The notes: a model not told the origin generated them from the letters alone. DNA of 64,000 nt from Rhynchobatus australiae (GCA_034780895.1 JAUZTB010000002.1:84185880-84249879), one strand, 5' to 3'. Positions 12,601-26,467 are shown, counted from the first letter of the stretch. Made by a program: numbers and translations.

Positions 12601-12879
12601 TGTCCTTGTTTTTTAAATTTTAATATTACATCGCTTTAAGCATTTCATGCATCATATCAGTCCCAAAATATTTGTCATGTACAAGATGAGCTAAATTGAA
12701 TTCCATTTTCCAATGACTAAACAAGAAAGAAAACCTAAGGGGTTTCATTTTAACACAAAATGCATCCCATCTGTAGAATTTACAGTATAATTTATTAACA
12801 GTTCCACACGCATGGCAATTCACCCTTGGAAAGGTGTGATTAATTTAGGTGCCTCAGCATTATTATCCAGGGTTGTATG

Positions 12880-13140
12880 ATGTGCTCCACTTTAGTGAAA
12901 GCTGCTGCTCTGCCTTCTATAGAATTTGCTTCTATAGAAGCAGGTACACTCAAAACATTGGAGCAGGTCTTTTCCTCAGCCTCCAGCACTTGCCCACATT
13001 TCTTTTCAGAATTCTCAAAGTCCGCTGCCGGAAGAGGCTTGAGCCAGCAGCAGTATCTAATGTTATGCCAGCAATGTCTTGGGGAATTTCCCACTGGAGG
13101 GAAATCTAGCTGGTCACCATGGTCCAAGGGCAGGCAATTG
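12880..13140 (+). mobile_element. Highly decayed RTE-clade LINE fragment
   Basis: Frameshifted peptides KAAALPS..., LKTLEQ and FRILKVRCRKR resemble the RTE C-terminal block (AAV.P.LLY..E.W...HLK.LE....CLR.IL.I.W.D). Confidence 0.4.
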
Positions 13141-14074
13141 GCAAATTCAATATTAGTGAAAGATCTGCCCTATAAGTCTTCAGAAGAATAAAATATGCTT
13201 TTAAAGTGAAAATATTTCCCATATTTCTTCTAAAGTAAGGCAGTTTGGCTTACCTTTTGTGTCTTTCAATACCAATGCAAACAGATTCAGTATTGGTTTG
13301 TTACTTAATTTGCATTGATATTTTTTTTCCACAACTTAACATGCACCAAGTTTCATTGTATCACTCTGTCATCACTGACCTAAATTAGTTACAACTAGAT
13401 TTAAAAATTTCTCATNNNNNNNNNNNNNNNNNNNNNNNNNNNNNNNNNNNNNNNNNNNNNNNNNNNNNNNNNNNNNNNNCCTTCCTTGGTCTCCATGCTC
13501 CATCAGTTCTGGACTATTGCACGTCCTTCATCAATCTGCCAGCAGTTTCCATGGCTTCAGCTCTGGAACTCCATTCCTAAATTTTTCCAAGTCCCTCTAT
13601 CCCTTCTGCTTTCTACATCCATCTGCTCCTGAGAAATGACTTTAGAGGCTACACAAGTTATAATATGCTATAACTGTGTCAGTTGTTGTTGGTTTGCCAC
13701 CTTTGTTGTCCATTCCTGACTTGAGATTTTCTCTACACTTCCTTTGTTAGTAGAAAATTTGCTCGAAGTTAAAGCTTAATTTTTGTTTGAAAGGTATACA
13801 TTTCTTCAGAAACAAAAATGCAGCTCAAAAATTACCACAATTTAAAAAAAAACTGAATAAGATAGAAATAAAACTTTAGCCTTGATGATTTTGCAGTAGA
13901 AAATGGGTATAGGAATAGTTTGTTCTCCTGCTTGTCACAATTCTACATAAAATTACATTAGCCAATGCAATATGGCAAATGCTAATGCTGCACGAGGAAT
14001 CACATCATTAAACATCCCAATTCGCATCCCATTAATGGTATTCACAGGAATAATGAAACACCTAATACTTACAC

Positions 14075-14635
14075 TTGGCACAGAAGGAGGCCATTTGGCC
14101 AATTGTGTTGTCGCTGGTTTCCAAAAGAGCATCCATTTAACCTAATTTCCCCTTCTTATTTCCCTATAGCCCTGCAGCTTATTGTCTCTCACATGCCATC
14201 AGTTCCCCTTTAATTCTTTTGCCACTTACTAACACCGAGGGGAAATTGACACTACAGACAAACTGCTGGAGGAACACAGCTGGTCAAGCAGCATCTGTGG
14301 CAGTAAATGGACAGTCGATGTTCTGGGTCAAGTCGTCAACTGTCCATTCCTTCCACAGATGCTACCTGACCTGCTGAGTTCCTCCAGCAGTTCGTTTGTG
14401 GCTGCAGCTTTCAGCATCTGCCATCTCCTTTGCCTCCAGTCTGGAAATTTACAATGGCCAATTAACCCACCTGCATGTCTCTGGGGTGTGGAAGGAAGCC
14501 AGAGCATCTGGCAGAAACCCATGTGGTCACAGGAAGAATGTGAGAACTCCACATAGACAGCACCTAAGGTCAGGATCAAACCCATGCCCCTGGAGCTGTC
14601 AGACAGCAGCATTACAGCCGTAAATCATGCCACCC
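14075..14635 (-). mobile_element. tRNA-derived V-SINE/HE1-like SINE with CR1-type tail, interrupted by a Penelope-derived insert (about 14252-14442)
   Basis: Reverse complement of the V-core (gtggaaggaagccagagcatctggcagaaacccatg) and a B-box-like caggatcaaaccc. The tail is cagaaggaggccatttggcc at about 14081. Confidence 0.7.
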
Positions 14636-15889
14636 CTTACACCAGAGTATTGCAATACAGTATTTTGGGAATCCATCCATGTGCCTTTCTTTAACTTATT
14701 CATTTTTCAGGTTGTGTGCATCAGTGGTAAAGGCCAGCATTTATTGCACATCTCTAATTGCCCTTGAGAACGTGGTGGTGAACCATCTTTTTGAACCACC
14801 GTAGCCTTTCTGGTTTAGGTACTCCCACAGAGCAGTTGTGCAGCAGACTGTAGAATTCAGACCCAACGCTGATGATAGACCAGTGACATATTTCCAATTG
14901 AGGGTTTGCAACTGGATGGGGAACCTACAGATAGTGGTGTACCCACGTGCTTACTGCCCTTGTCCTTCTTGATGGTAGAGGTTGCATGTGTAGAAGCTAC
15001 ATCTTGCAGATGGTATGCTGTGCTATGGTGTTGGGAGAAATGAATGTTTAGGGATGGGATGTCAGTTAAGCAGGCCATTGATGTAATTGGTTGTTTGCTA
15101 TCATAGTTTGAGATAGCCTGGTACATTTGTCAAGCTTCCATTATGAAATGAGCATTTTGATGCATGGCACTGGCTTCACGATTGATTCCCTGGCCTCCTG
15201 GTCTTTGAATTCATGTCATCTTTGTGTGCACTCGGTCTACCAAACAACAAGAGAGCAGAACATTTTGAAAAAGCAGCAAGGATGTCCATTTCCATCAAAA
15301 TAGATAAGATTCAAAGTTGCTCTGAGGGAAGAATTGTATTAGCTGGAAGGTATTGTAACAGATGCCTTGCCGGGTGCAGAATGCTTGTGAATGACAATAA
15401 CCTTTCAGAAGCAATGTTTACGCATAAGAGTTTTCTGCAAGATTCACTGATTCACAGTGGTAGAAGAACAGTTTTTACTTGGATGATTTCACATGAGACT
15501 ATTTGGTCCTTGACCTGTAAAGTTGGATTTAAACTGGTGAATTTTTTTGATTGATATCTTTGTAATGGATAACATAAGAGTTGTGTTGAGGCAAGCCGGT
15601 CAAAATAAAAGTTGTCAGTGCCCATCTCCAGGTGGCACATTTCATTGTCAAAAGTACAAAAGCAAAAGAGATTTTTAAATGAACCTTTAGTTGAACATTT
15701 ACAAGCATTTCACAGTTACAAGAGTAATTATACTCCAATATCTGGTAAGTCTATTCAGACCACTAACCTTTGTGCTATTATGAAAGGTGTAGCTGATCAT
15801 TGTTTGATCAGCAAATTTTGCAGGCTGAAATTGTTTTCAATTTATTCTACTTATTTTCAACGCAACCAATGTTCTGAGTGTTCTAAGCT

Positions 15890-16690
15890 TGAGTCAGAGT
15901 ACAGGAAGGAGATAATGATTCTAGTGGAATGGTGTCATAACAACCTTTCCCTCAATGTGAGCAAAACGAAAGAACTGGTCATTGACTACAGGAAGCCCAG
16001 GCAGTGTACACGTTCCTGTTTACATCAATGGTGCTGAGGTGGAGGTGGTTGAGAGCTTCAAGTTCCTAGGAGTAAACATCAGCAATTGCCTGTCAAGNNN
16101 NNNNNNNNNNNNNNNNNNNNNNNNNNNNNNNNNNNNNNNNNNNNNNNNNNNNNNNNNNNNNNNNNNNNNNNNNNNNNNNNNNNNNNNNNNNNNNNNNNNN
16201 NNNNNNNGCATTCTGGCTTGGTATGGCAAGTGCCCTGCCCGAGACCACAAGAAATTGCAGAGAGTTGTGGACACAGCTCAGCACATCACAAATATCAGCC
16301 TTCCTTGTATAGACTCTGTCTACATTTTTCACTGCCTCGCTAAAGCAGCCAACATAATCAAAGACCCCTCCCACCCTGGACATTCTCTCTTCTCCCTCCT
16401 ATCAGGCAGAAAATACAAAAGCTGAAAGCATGTACAATCAAGCCCAAGGACAGCTTCTTATAAGACTATTGAATGAACCTCTTGAACGATACAAGGGAAT
16501 TTTGACCTCACAATCTACCTCATCATGGCCTTGTGCTTTATTGTTTGCCTTTCTCTGTAGCTGTAACACCTTATACTGCATTCTATTATTGATTTTCCCT
16601 TGTACTACTTTGATGATCTGTATGCATGGCATGCAAAACAAAGTTTTTCACTGTACCTTGGTTCATGTGACAATAGTAAATTGATTTACC
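15890..16690 (+). mobile_element. Rex1/Babar-clade LINE 3' fragment
   Basis: Frameshifted ORF: EWCHNNLSLNVSKTKELVIDYRK / VYINGAEVEVVESFKFLGVNI / WYGKCPARDHKKLQRVV / IIKDPSHPGHSLFSLLSGRKY. The 3' UTR ends tttttcactgtaccttggttcatgtgacaata. Confidence 0.85.
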
Positions 16691-19027
16691 AGTTTAGTCA
16701 ATTTGTTAAAAAATTGAGTTTGGGAGTTTTACCATGTGATTAGGTTGATTCAGAAATAGTGATAAGGTATTGAACTAGGTAAATGATACTGTGGCATCTT
16801 GTTTTGTTTTCATTGTCACTTTTGGGCTTGGTTCTGCTTAAATGTCTTTTTAACAAGTAGATTATGAAGTGCATTGTTTTCAGATGAAGAAGTAGTGGCC
16901 ACACACTTAGTGAACACAAGTTCTTGGTAACCAGGTCTATCCTTCGTGTCCTAAGAGAAGCCTCAGGCTCCTTATTCCAGCATACTGATTGTTGAGGTTT
17001 GCCTCCTTTTTGTTGCATTAGAGTCTTTAAATAGTCTAAACAGATTAATCATGTCAAAGACAAGTTATTTTTATACTCGGCTAGGTAAGGCACAGTTGCA
17101 AATCTGGCATCCACATACTTGTGTCAGTTCACCAGCAACACTGCAGACTTTAGTCATTGTCATTCATAATTTTGTTTTACCTTCAAATTAATGCAAATTT
17201 TGAAAAAAAATTAATACAACTTTTAGCAAGCTGGTATATTTAATGCTGCTCAAAATTAGGAAGTTGTATACTATAATTACAGTCATAATCATGACATTTT
17301 CTGTAGTTTTGTGTGACCTTGAAATGGAATCTGGTCTTTAAAAAAAACTCATTATCTGTGCCTAGCTTGACATGTTCCGTTGAGCATTGTGAAAAAATGA
17401 ATTGTTTGGATGTAAGTTGCTGATTACTGCTCATGTAATTGGAGCCTTTTGTTTCCCAAGACTTCTTCAAATACTTTTAGCTCAATCTCTTCTATTTTTA
17501 GCAGTTTCAAAGACTCAGTGTAGATGTTCTTGAATATATGCCTCAAAAGCCTATTTTTTCATTGTATGTTGCCTCTTCCATCTTAAAGAAAGGCTTCACT
17601 GGGTTTCCATTCAAATTTTACCAGTGTAAGCATTTTATAAGATACTCCCTTCATTTTGCAAATGCGTTCAGAAACTGCCCCACATACTCTACACATTTTC
17701 CAGACGGTAGAATTTTACTGTATTCCTGAAATGTAATAAGTAAAATAGTTAAACATTAAAAAGACTATTTTTCTGAAGCTTTGAGATTTTAAGTCAGAGT
17801 GGCAATGTTATTGCCAAGCATAGAAACTTGAGATGAATAAATTATCTGGGACAGCTGATATATATACTTAAATATTGCACCTCTACTTTCCTGATTTGCT
17901 TTCTGTGAAAGAATAGTTTTATATGAGTAACCTTCCAATATCTTTAAGTGGATTATCCATGTGGAAAACATGGTTATTTTTGCACCCTCTGGGTAAGCAG
18001 CAGTTACAAATTTGGTGTAAATGTTGCTATAGCAGTTTGATAGTGGATTTGGAAGTAATTGTAGTTTATAGTTTTGGGTTTACACTCTATTTAATGCAAA
18101 ATCAGCAAATATGTTTATAATTTTTGTTAAGTTGGTGTTTTTAATGCTACTCAGAATTAAAAACTTGCACGCCGTTATTAGAGCTATAATCATAACAATT
18201 TCCAAAGTTTTGTCTGCCCTTGCAGATCGAATAAGGTTGTACAAAAATACAGGTGACCTCTGCGGTGCAGCCATTTGAGTTGCAGAAATTCGCCCTTCCA
18301 AAATCCAAAAATTTGAGAGATGGAATAAAATTCACTCTCATGAAATATATGTGGGGTGGTGAAGGGGTAAGAAAGTAAATCAATCAACACAAGATGTTTT
18401 TTTTTCANNNNNNNNNNNNNNNNNNNNNNNNNNNNNNNNNNNCTTCACGTTATGGAAAATCAGGGTCCAGCCCATTTTCTATGAATGCAACCTGCCTGTA
18501 ATGCAGGGGTCACATGTACCTTGTTGTCCAGCTGACAAATTGCATAAAAGAATGGATTGTCTAGGTGTAGCTTGCTGCTTACAGTTGCTACAATTTTTCC
18601 CTAAATGCTCTTTTTTTTCCCTATTTTCTGCGGTTTCAAAAACTTAAGATAGTCATGTGAATTTATTACTCAAAAGTCTGATTCTCATTACCTTTCACCC
18701 TGCCTTTTTAAAGAAGGATTTCATTGCGTTTCACTGAAATGTTTAATGCAGTGTAATCATTTAAAACTGAATTGAAAATATAAAACCAGCGCAATGGAGT
18801 AGAAATATTGAAGCATTTTGAATGTGTAGATTATTACGGATGTTCAGAATACCACATTCAATTCAACTCTGATTTGAATAAAAATATTTTAAATCTGTGC
18901 ATATAAGAAAAATAAGTACTGTAAATGGACCAAGGTATGAATAATAATTTAGATTTCTGAAACAGAAAGAAGACAATTAAAGTTAACCTCATCAAAGTAC
19001 AGTATACCCTTGATAATTGATTTTTTT

Positions 19028-19960
19028 CATAGAACACGGAACAGTACAGCACAAGAACTGTGCCAACCATTATGCCAACCTGAACTATTCCCATCTGCCT
19101 GCACGTGGTCCATATCCCTCCATTCCCTGCCTGCTCATGTGCCTGTCTAAATGCCTCTTAAACATTGCCATTGTATCTGCCTTTGCCACTTCTGGCAGCA
19201 CATTCCAGGCACTTACAACTCTCTGTGTAAAACAAAAACACTTGTCTAGTAAATCTCCTTTAAACTTTCTCCCCTCTCACCTTAAAGCTATGCTTCTAGT
19301 ATTTGACATTTCCATCCTGGGAAACAGACTCTGACTATCTCCCCTATTGATGCCTCTCATTATTTTATAAACTTCTATCAGGTCGCCCCTCAGTCTCCGA
19401 TGCTCCAGAGAAAACAATCCAAGTCTGTCCAATCTCTCCTTGTGACTAGTACTCTCTAATCCAGGCTACATTCTGCTGAACCTCTTGTACCCTTTCCAAA
19501 GCCTCCACATCCTTCCTGCAAGGTGGCAACCAGAACAACACACAATACTCCAAATGCAGCCTAACCAAAATTTTGTAGAGCTGCAACATGACTTCCTGAC
19601 TTTTATACTGGACAATAATTTCCTGGTTTGCCCTTACTACCTTTCTTAAACAGAGGAACAACACTGGCGATTCTCCAGTCCTCTGGGATCTTGCCTGTAG
19701 CTAGAGAGGATACAGAGATTTTCGTCAAGGCCCCAGCAATCCTGCCTCTCTCTATAACCTGGGATAGATCCCATCAGGCCCTGGGGACTTATCCAACTTA
19801 ATGTTCTTCAGGAGTCCCAACACCACCACCTCCTTGATATCAATGTGCCCTGGAATAACAGCATGTCCAAACCTGATCTCATTATCTCCATGTCTTTCTC
19901 CTTGATGAATGCTAATGTGAAGTACCTGTTTATGACTCTGCCCACTTCCTCTGGCTCCAG
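19028..19960 (-). mobile_element. CR1 LINE, 3' end joined to an upstream ORF2 segment
   Basis: Minus-strand MLQLYKILVRLHLEYCVLFWLP (19446-19664) with a CR1 tail at about 19030. Positions 19750-19800 read KLDKSPGPDGIYPR on the minus strand. Confidence 0.85.
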
Positions 19961-20384
19961 GTATTATAGTTCCACTTCAAAAAAGGCTTGCATTTCCCAC
20001 TATAAACAACACAGGTGCTTGCAGTAGGAATAACTGATAAAATCTGCTCTTTCTTAAATATGTCATATATTTTTGTTCATCTTAGAAGAATTACTAAGAT
20101 CATAATACTATGAATTTTAAGACCTTATAATTGCAGTCCAGCTGCTTGGAACTTAAAATGTTTATGCCAAAATAATACCACCTCTATTGGTAAGCATGAC
20201 AGGTCAGTCAGTGAGCACCTCGTATTGTTTTAATTGAGGATCAGCATCTTGCACAGATACTGAAACTTACAACAATAAAGGTCTTTGCACTTAGTGCAAA
20301 TTACGCACAGAAGTTTATAAGATGTAGAAAAGTAGGATCCAACTGTTTGTCTGCTGTTATGACCATTGAAAGGTCCCCTAGTAT

Positions 20385-20762
20385 GATAAGGATGGACCCT
20401 TGACCTCATAATCTACCTTGTTATGGCCTTGNNNNNNNNNNNNNNNNNNNNNNNNNNNNNNNNNNNNNNNNNNNNNNNNNNNNNNNNNNNNNNNNNNNNN
20501 NNNNNNNNNNNNNNNNNNNNNNNNNNNNNNNGATAAGGATGGACCCTTGACCTCATAATCTACCTTGTTATGGCCTTGCACCTTATTGTCTGCCTTCACT
20601 GCACTTTCTCTATAACTATAACATTTTATTGTGCATTCTGTTATTGGTTTCCCTTATATTACCTCAATGGACTGATGTGTTGAAATGATCTGTATGGATG
20701 GCATGCAAAACAAAGTTTTTCACTGTACCTCGCTACATGTGACAATAATAAAACCAGTTTAC
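20385..20762 (+). mobile_element. Rex1/Babar 3' UTR fragment
   Basis: Shares ttgacctca(c/t)aatctacct, ggcatgcaaaacaaagtttttcactgtacct and catgtgacaata with the tail at 16500-16680. Confidence 0.75.
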
Positions 20763-22744
20763 CAATTTTGCTGTTGTAATATTGGCATCATCACAATGTA
20801 AGACAGCAACAAAACTTTGGAATTTTCCAGTATAAAAGATTTAACTCTGGAATCCTGAGGTTACCGTCAGTGATTCAGCCCTCTTCGAGAGGCTGCACAG
20901 TTTTGCAGTCCTCTGCACCACAATCAAGGAAAATTAGTCCAATTGAACTCTTGTAAATGCCCCGAAAATGAATTCTAAGCTTTAAATACTGCACAAAATC
21001 ATTGCTGCCCCAAATTTTTTGGCCCTGAAACAAACTAATTTTATATGTTTTTTATTTTTTGTCGATGTTTCATTAGTTCAGCTTCTGATTTTTGTGTACC
21101 TTCCAATATTTGGCACGTTTAAATATTGCATCTTTNNNNNNNNNNNNNNNNNNNCTGTAAGAATATTTTTAACATGCAGCTGCTCAGCATCTTAATGACA
21201 TTATATGTCTAGGATTCCAGGGATCCCTTGTCCCAGCTCGAGACAGCAACAGTGTCTTAAAGTGAGAAGTTCATGCTATAGAGACCACCAGATCTTTGTT
21301 GCCACCATCTTCTAGGTCAGTGGTGAATGCCTCTGCTTTGTCCTGCAGTCTGCTTCATTGCATCAAATTCATCCTGGAAATCTGACGATCTCAATTTTAA
21401 ATATATTTGGCTAAATGTATAATGCTTTGAAAGAGCAATTTCCAACAAATAAAAAGATAAGTGACTAAGCTGCCAGGCAAGATAACAGAAACCTTGGGAA
21501 TGTTCACAATGTATTTGGATATCAAAGGGAGAGAATTAGTGCATCAGAAGGATAAACTTCAGTGGGTGGTACTTCCTTTTAGTCATCCTTGAATCTTTCT
21601 TGTGTTGTTAAGTGATATATTCCTTCATTAATATGAGAAATTTTCTGGAAACATTGTGACAGATTTCCTCTCATTATCCTCTGGGTTATTTTCTAATTTG
21701 CTATGCTCTGAAAATTCTCAATGCTTCAGGCTCAACATGGTTAATTATTTTGTACTTGAGTATGTGTGCGTCTTAAATCTGAAAACTTCTGCTGGGCTTT
21801 CACTAAAATTTAGTATGTAGTTATTGGATGTTGATATGTGATGAACTAGAAATCATAGTTAAACTGCTAGCAGAAGCAAATGTTTGGGCCTGGGGCATTC
21901 AGATGGTCCATTGTCAGGGTCAGTGTCTAGGCTGAGTGCTGATATTAAAGATCCCACTGACCATTTGCCATTGATATCAGTATTGTGCTTTTACTGTATC
22001 TGGGGAGCCTTGTCCTTTGGAGTTTTCCACATTCCTTGAGGTTGTCAAATTTTGGAAAATTCATACAGAAAAAAGTAATTTGCACTAATTAATGAGGCCA
22101 CTATTTTAAAGGATATGTTTTATAAAATGGCACCTCTGTTGCAAACCTTTAAATACCAGGAAGGCANNNNNNNNNNNNNNNNNNNNNNNNNNNNNNNNNN
22201 NNNNNNNNNNNNNNNNNNNNNNNNNNNNNNNNNNNNNNNNNNNNNNNNNNNNNNNNNNNNNNNNNNNNNNNNNNNNNNNNNNNNNNNNNNNNNNNNNNNN
22301 NNNNNNNNNNNNNNNNNNNNNNNNNNNNNNNNNNNNNNNNNNNNNNNNNNNNNNNNNNNNNNNNNNNNNNNNNNNNNNNNNNNNNNNNNNNNNNNNNNNN
22401 NNNNNNNNNNNNNNNNNNNNNNNNNNNNNNNNNNNNNNNNNNNNNNNNNNNNNNNNNNNNNNNNNNNNNNNNNNNNNNNNNNNNNNNNNNNNNNNNNNNN
22501 NNNNNNNNNNNNNNNNNNNNNNNNNNNNNNNNNNNNNNNNNNNNNNNNNNNNNNNNNNNNNNNNNNNNNNNNNNNNNNNNNNNNNNNNNNNNNNNNNNNN
22601 NNNNNNNNNNNNNNNNNNNNNNNNNNNNNNNNNNNNNNNNNNNNNNNNNNNNNNNNNNNNNNNNNNNNNNNNNNNNNNNNNNNNNNNNNNNNNNNNNNNN
22701 NNNNNNNNNNNNNNNNNNNNNNNNNNNNNNNNNNNNNNTCATTC

Positions 22745-23075
22745 CCTACATAAGTATACTGAGGTAGTACAAAAGGAAAAAAAATGCAAAATATAGTGTT
22801 TCAGTTACAGAGAAAATACAGTGCAAGTGGACAAATAAAGTGTAAGGGCCATGATGAGACAGATTAACAGACAGATCAGATTCACCTTTATCGTATAAGA
22901 GGTCCATTCAAGAGTCATAACAGCAGGATAGAAGCTATCGTTTAGCCTGGTTTCAAGCTTTTGTATCTTCTACCCAATGGAAGGGGGAGAACAGAGAATG
23001 ACAGGTGTGGGAAGGGGTCCTTGATTATGTTGGCTATTTCCCCGAGGCAGCTGGAAGTGTAGAGTCAATAGAAGG
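22745..23075 (-). mobile_element. Rex1/Babar 3' fragment
   Basis: Reverse complement of the same tail family (tgaggtagtacaa..., caagcttttgtatcttctacccaatgg, ccttgattatgttggct). Confidence 0.7.
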
Positions 23076-24409
23076 GAGGCAATGGAAGTTTACATGAAGG
23101 ACTGACACTGAGATTCAGATGTTAGTGTTCCAGAGTTTTTTCAAAATTAGGCGGAGTCCTAATTCTGCTGTACTGGCATGATTAAACATGACTAATCTTT
23201 GTGTTCACAAAGCCTATCGCAAATCTAACAGGAGGAACATGATTCAAGATGTCTCAAGTCCTAATCGTGATTCAGAATGTTCTAAAGAGCATTATAGCTA
23301 ATAGGGTTCTTTTAAAGTGTAGTTGTGACTGTAACCCAGTAAATACAGCAGCAAAGTTATCTGGAAAGGCTCCACAAATAACAGTGAAGTAAGTGTTAGA
23401 GTTGTTGAAGGACATGTTGGTCAAGTCACACTGAAGAACAAATAATTCCTTCGGATATTCCAATGTGAAGAACAAACCAGTCTCCATTTAATGGTATATT
23501 TGTAAGGCATATATCCAAAATTCAATTCCCCTCAGTGCTCCATTGATGTGTCAGCCTAGAGTATTTGCTGAATGTCTGTTTGGAACCCATTTGAATAATT
23601 TGTATTATAACCACTGCTGAGCCAACGTTGACAGAGTGGGTTTTGGACATATAGTTTGTCTCTTTTCTGAGGAATAATTGAGAGAGGNNNNNNNNNNNNN
23701 NNNNNNNNNNNNNNNNNNNNNNNNNNNNNNNNNNNNNNNNNNNNNNNNNNNNNNNNNNNNNNNNNNNNNNNNNNNNNNNNNNNNNNNTTTCTGAGGAATA
23801 ATTGAGAGAGGAGAGAAGCAAAATAATGATATGTAGGTATTATTTTAGTGCTTGAAGTAGCAAAGTGATTTGTTGAATCAACATTTGTATGTTATATTTG
23901 TGTAATTTTTCTAAATAAATTATGAAAAAAGCATAGCAACTGGTTACTTGATCTTCATAAGCATTCATAGTGAGTAGTAGGTGTGGATTGTTTCTTTCTG
24001 CTCTCTTAATTTTCCATATAATTTGAAGAGGGCAGAGGAAAACAATTTAAAATTATTATACTGTGAATATTTCTGAAGAAAATGCCTATTCCTTTGTTAA
24101 TGTGTAATTTAAATCAGAGCTGTCTTAATTTATTAAAATGGCAAAAATGCAGTTTGGCACAGTATCAAGTGTATTTAATTATATGAGTATACATGATTAT
24201 TTAATTAAAAATCATAAGCCTCTTTAGTTTGGATTGAACATTATCTTTATTATCTTGATCATATGACCATAAGAATTAGGAACTGGAGTAGGCCGCGTGA
24301 CCCATCAATCTTGCTCTACCATTTAGTAAGATAATGACTGATCTTATTGTAACCTCAACTGTTCATTCCTGCCCATCAACAGGAAGCTTTCAACCCTGTG
24401 ATAATCAAG

Positions 24410-24437
24410 TATCTATCTATCTATCTATCTATCTATC
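24410..24437. repeat. (TATC)7 microsatellite within a decayed CR1 3' fragment
   Basis: tatctatctatctatctatctatctatc read directly. Confidence 0.95.
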
Positions 24438-26130
24438 GCTGCCTTAGAATATTCAAAGTCTGCTTCCACAGCCCATGGAGGAAGGGAGCTCCAAAGGTTA
24501 TCAAACCTCTGAGAACAAAGAACAATGGTTTTGCCTCATCTCTGTCTTAATTGGGTGCCACCTCCACTCCCATTTTTAAACATGTCCACAAGTTCAAGAT
24601 TCCCCCACAGATGAAAACATTCTCTCCATACTCACCCTGTTCCCTCAGATCCCTCAGGATCTTGCATATTTCGATCAAATCACTCTTATAAGCAGATACA
24701 AGCCTAGCCAGCCCAACTTGTCCTCATGTGACCTCTATAGGTATTAAGCCAGCAAATGAAAATCAAAAGAAACTGCAGGTGCTGGAATCTTAAATAAAAA
24801 GCGAAAATGCTAGAAACGCTCAGCCGGGTCAGGCAGCATTTGTGAAAAGAGACGCAAGAACAAACCACTGGAGGAAATCAGTGGGTCGAGCAGAGTCTGT
24901 GGGNNNNNNNNNNNNNNNNNNNNNNNNNNNNNNNNNNNNNNNNNNNNNNNNNNNNNNNNNNNNNNNNNNNNNNNNNNNNNNNNNNNNNNNNNNNNNNNNN
25001 NNNCCTTGTACTACCTCAATGCACTGTGTAATGAATTGATCCGTATGAACAGTATGCAAGACAAGTTTTTCCACTGTACCTTGGTACAAGTGACAATAAT
25101 AGACCAATTCCAATTATGTCAAATTTGTGTTTTTCCAGTGTGATGCTTTTTGCATTTTTCTTCCCATTTCGATTAGGCAACGAACAAATATATAAAAATT
25201 ATACATCCTAAAGTCTCAGTATCCCTGATTTACCATATTGCTGTTTCTGCTATGTTAAAGGCACCATATAAATGGAAGTTGTTGCTGCTGCTTTTGTCCC
25301 ACCTTTGTCCTGATGGAGATGAGCTATCCCACCACCATCCAAAGACTGAATCTGCCACACCGGAAGCCTGTGCTCCTTCACTCTTTTGTTGAAAGTGGCT
25401 AGATGTGGCTACTAACGATGCATGCTTATTTATTCCATGGACATATTAGGAGAGGCATTTGCAAAGGTAATTTAAATTTCATTTTAGTTTTGCATTGCAT
25501 TGTTCACATGATTATAGCCTCACAGTAGAATAAAATAATCACTGAAGTTTATGGGGTAATAATTTGTTGTTGATTGCCAGCAAATAACATATTATAAAGG
25601 AATTAAGCCTCTGATGTGCATTAGATCAGATTATTTTCTTACAGCTACATTAGTTATTGGGAGAACAGTAGCCTGTTGATAACAGAGCATAGACTGCATG
25701 CTCAGTGAGAGAGGTTAAAACGCATGCACATTGTCTCTTCAGCCACCAGACTGCCATCAGCTCTCTGCTCGGAGACTGATGCCTTCAGTCTTCTCAATAT
25801 TTAGCTATAGGAAATTCCTGCTCAGTCACTAGCAAACAGTGTGATATCTGTTCAAAACAGAGGGATAGAATGATCCTAAAATATGGCAATGAGTGAGAGG
25901 AATGCTATTTATATTCATATGAAATTTAATATTCTGACAACAAATAGTATTGGCATTTGGTTAAGGAATACTAGAGTGCAAAGGAAATATCATTGGATAC
26001 AGGGAACTGCGGGAATGGGAAGAGAAGGCTTCCCAGTTGATTTTGTGGACACACTTAAGAATGGGAGTAGATTTCACCCAGATGAATAGAGGAGAGACAC
26101 TGGAGGAGGGCAGGGAGGTCAGAAAATTTA

Positions 26131-26375
26131 GGGCAGCACGGCAGTGTAGCAGTTAGCACAAGGCTATTACAGCACCAGTGATTGGGGTTCGATTTCCGTC
26201 GCTGTCTGTAAGGAGTTTGTATGTTCTCCCGTGTCTGCATGGGTTTCCTCCGGGTGCTCCGGTTTCCTCCCACATCCCAAAGACGTACAGGTAGGTTAAC
26301 ATAGGTTTAAAATGGGCAGCGCGGACTCGTTGGGCTGGAAGGGCTTGTTACCATGCTGTAGATAAAATGTTTAAA
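26131..26375 (+). mobile_element. tRNA-derived V-SINE/HE1-like SINE
   Basis: A-box-like cagtgtagcagttagc, B-box-like ggttcgatttcc, V-core gggtttcctccgggtgctccggtttcctcccacat, and CR1-like tail gactcgttgggctggaagggcttgttaccatgctgta. Confidence 0.85.
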
Positions 26376-26467
26376 TTTATAACCTCCCTGCTTTAGAATC
26401 AATTCCCCTCACAATAAACAGTAACATTCTGTTAACTATCCCAATTACTTGCAGAACCAGCATACTA

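Noticed and set aside
20385-20578. 47-bp exact direct repeat flanking a 100-N gap
   Set aside because: Same unmerged-overlap artefact; the Rex1 tail is continuous once collapsed.
23664-23811. 24-bp exact direct repeat flanking a 100-N gap
   Set aside because: Same unmerged-overlap artefact.
26131-26200. tRNA-like A and B boxes
   Set aside because: They are the head of a SINE, continue into the V-core, and form no proper cloverleaf; not a tRNA gene.
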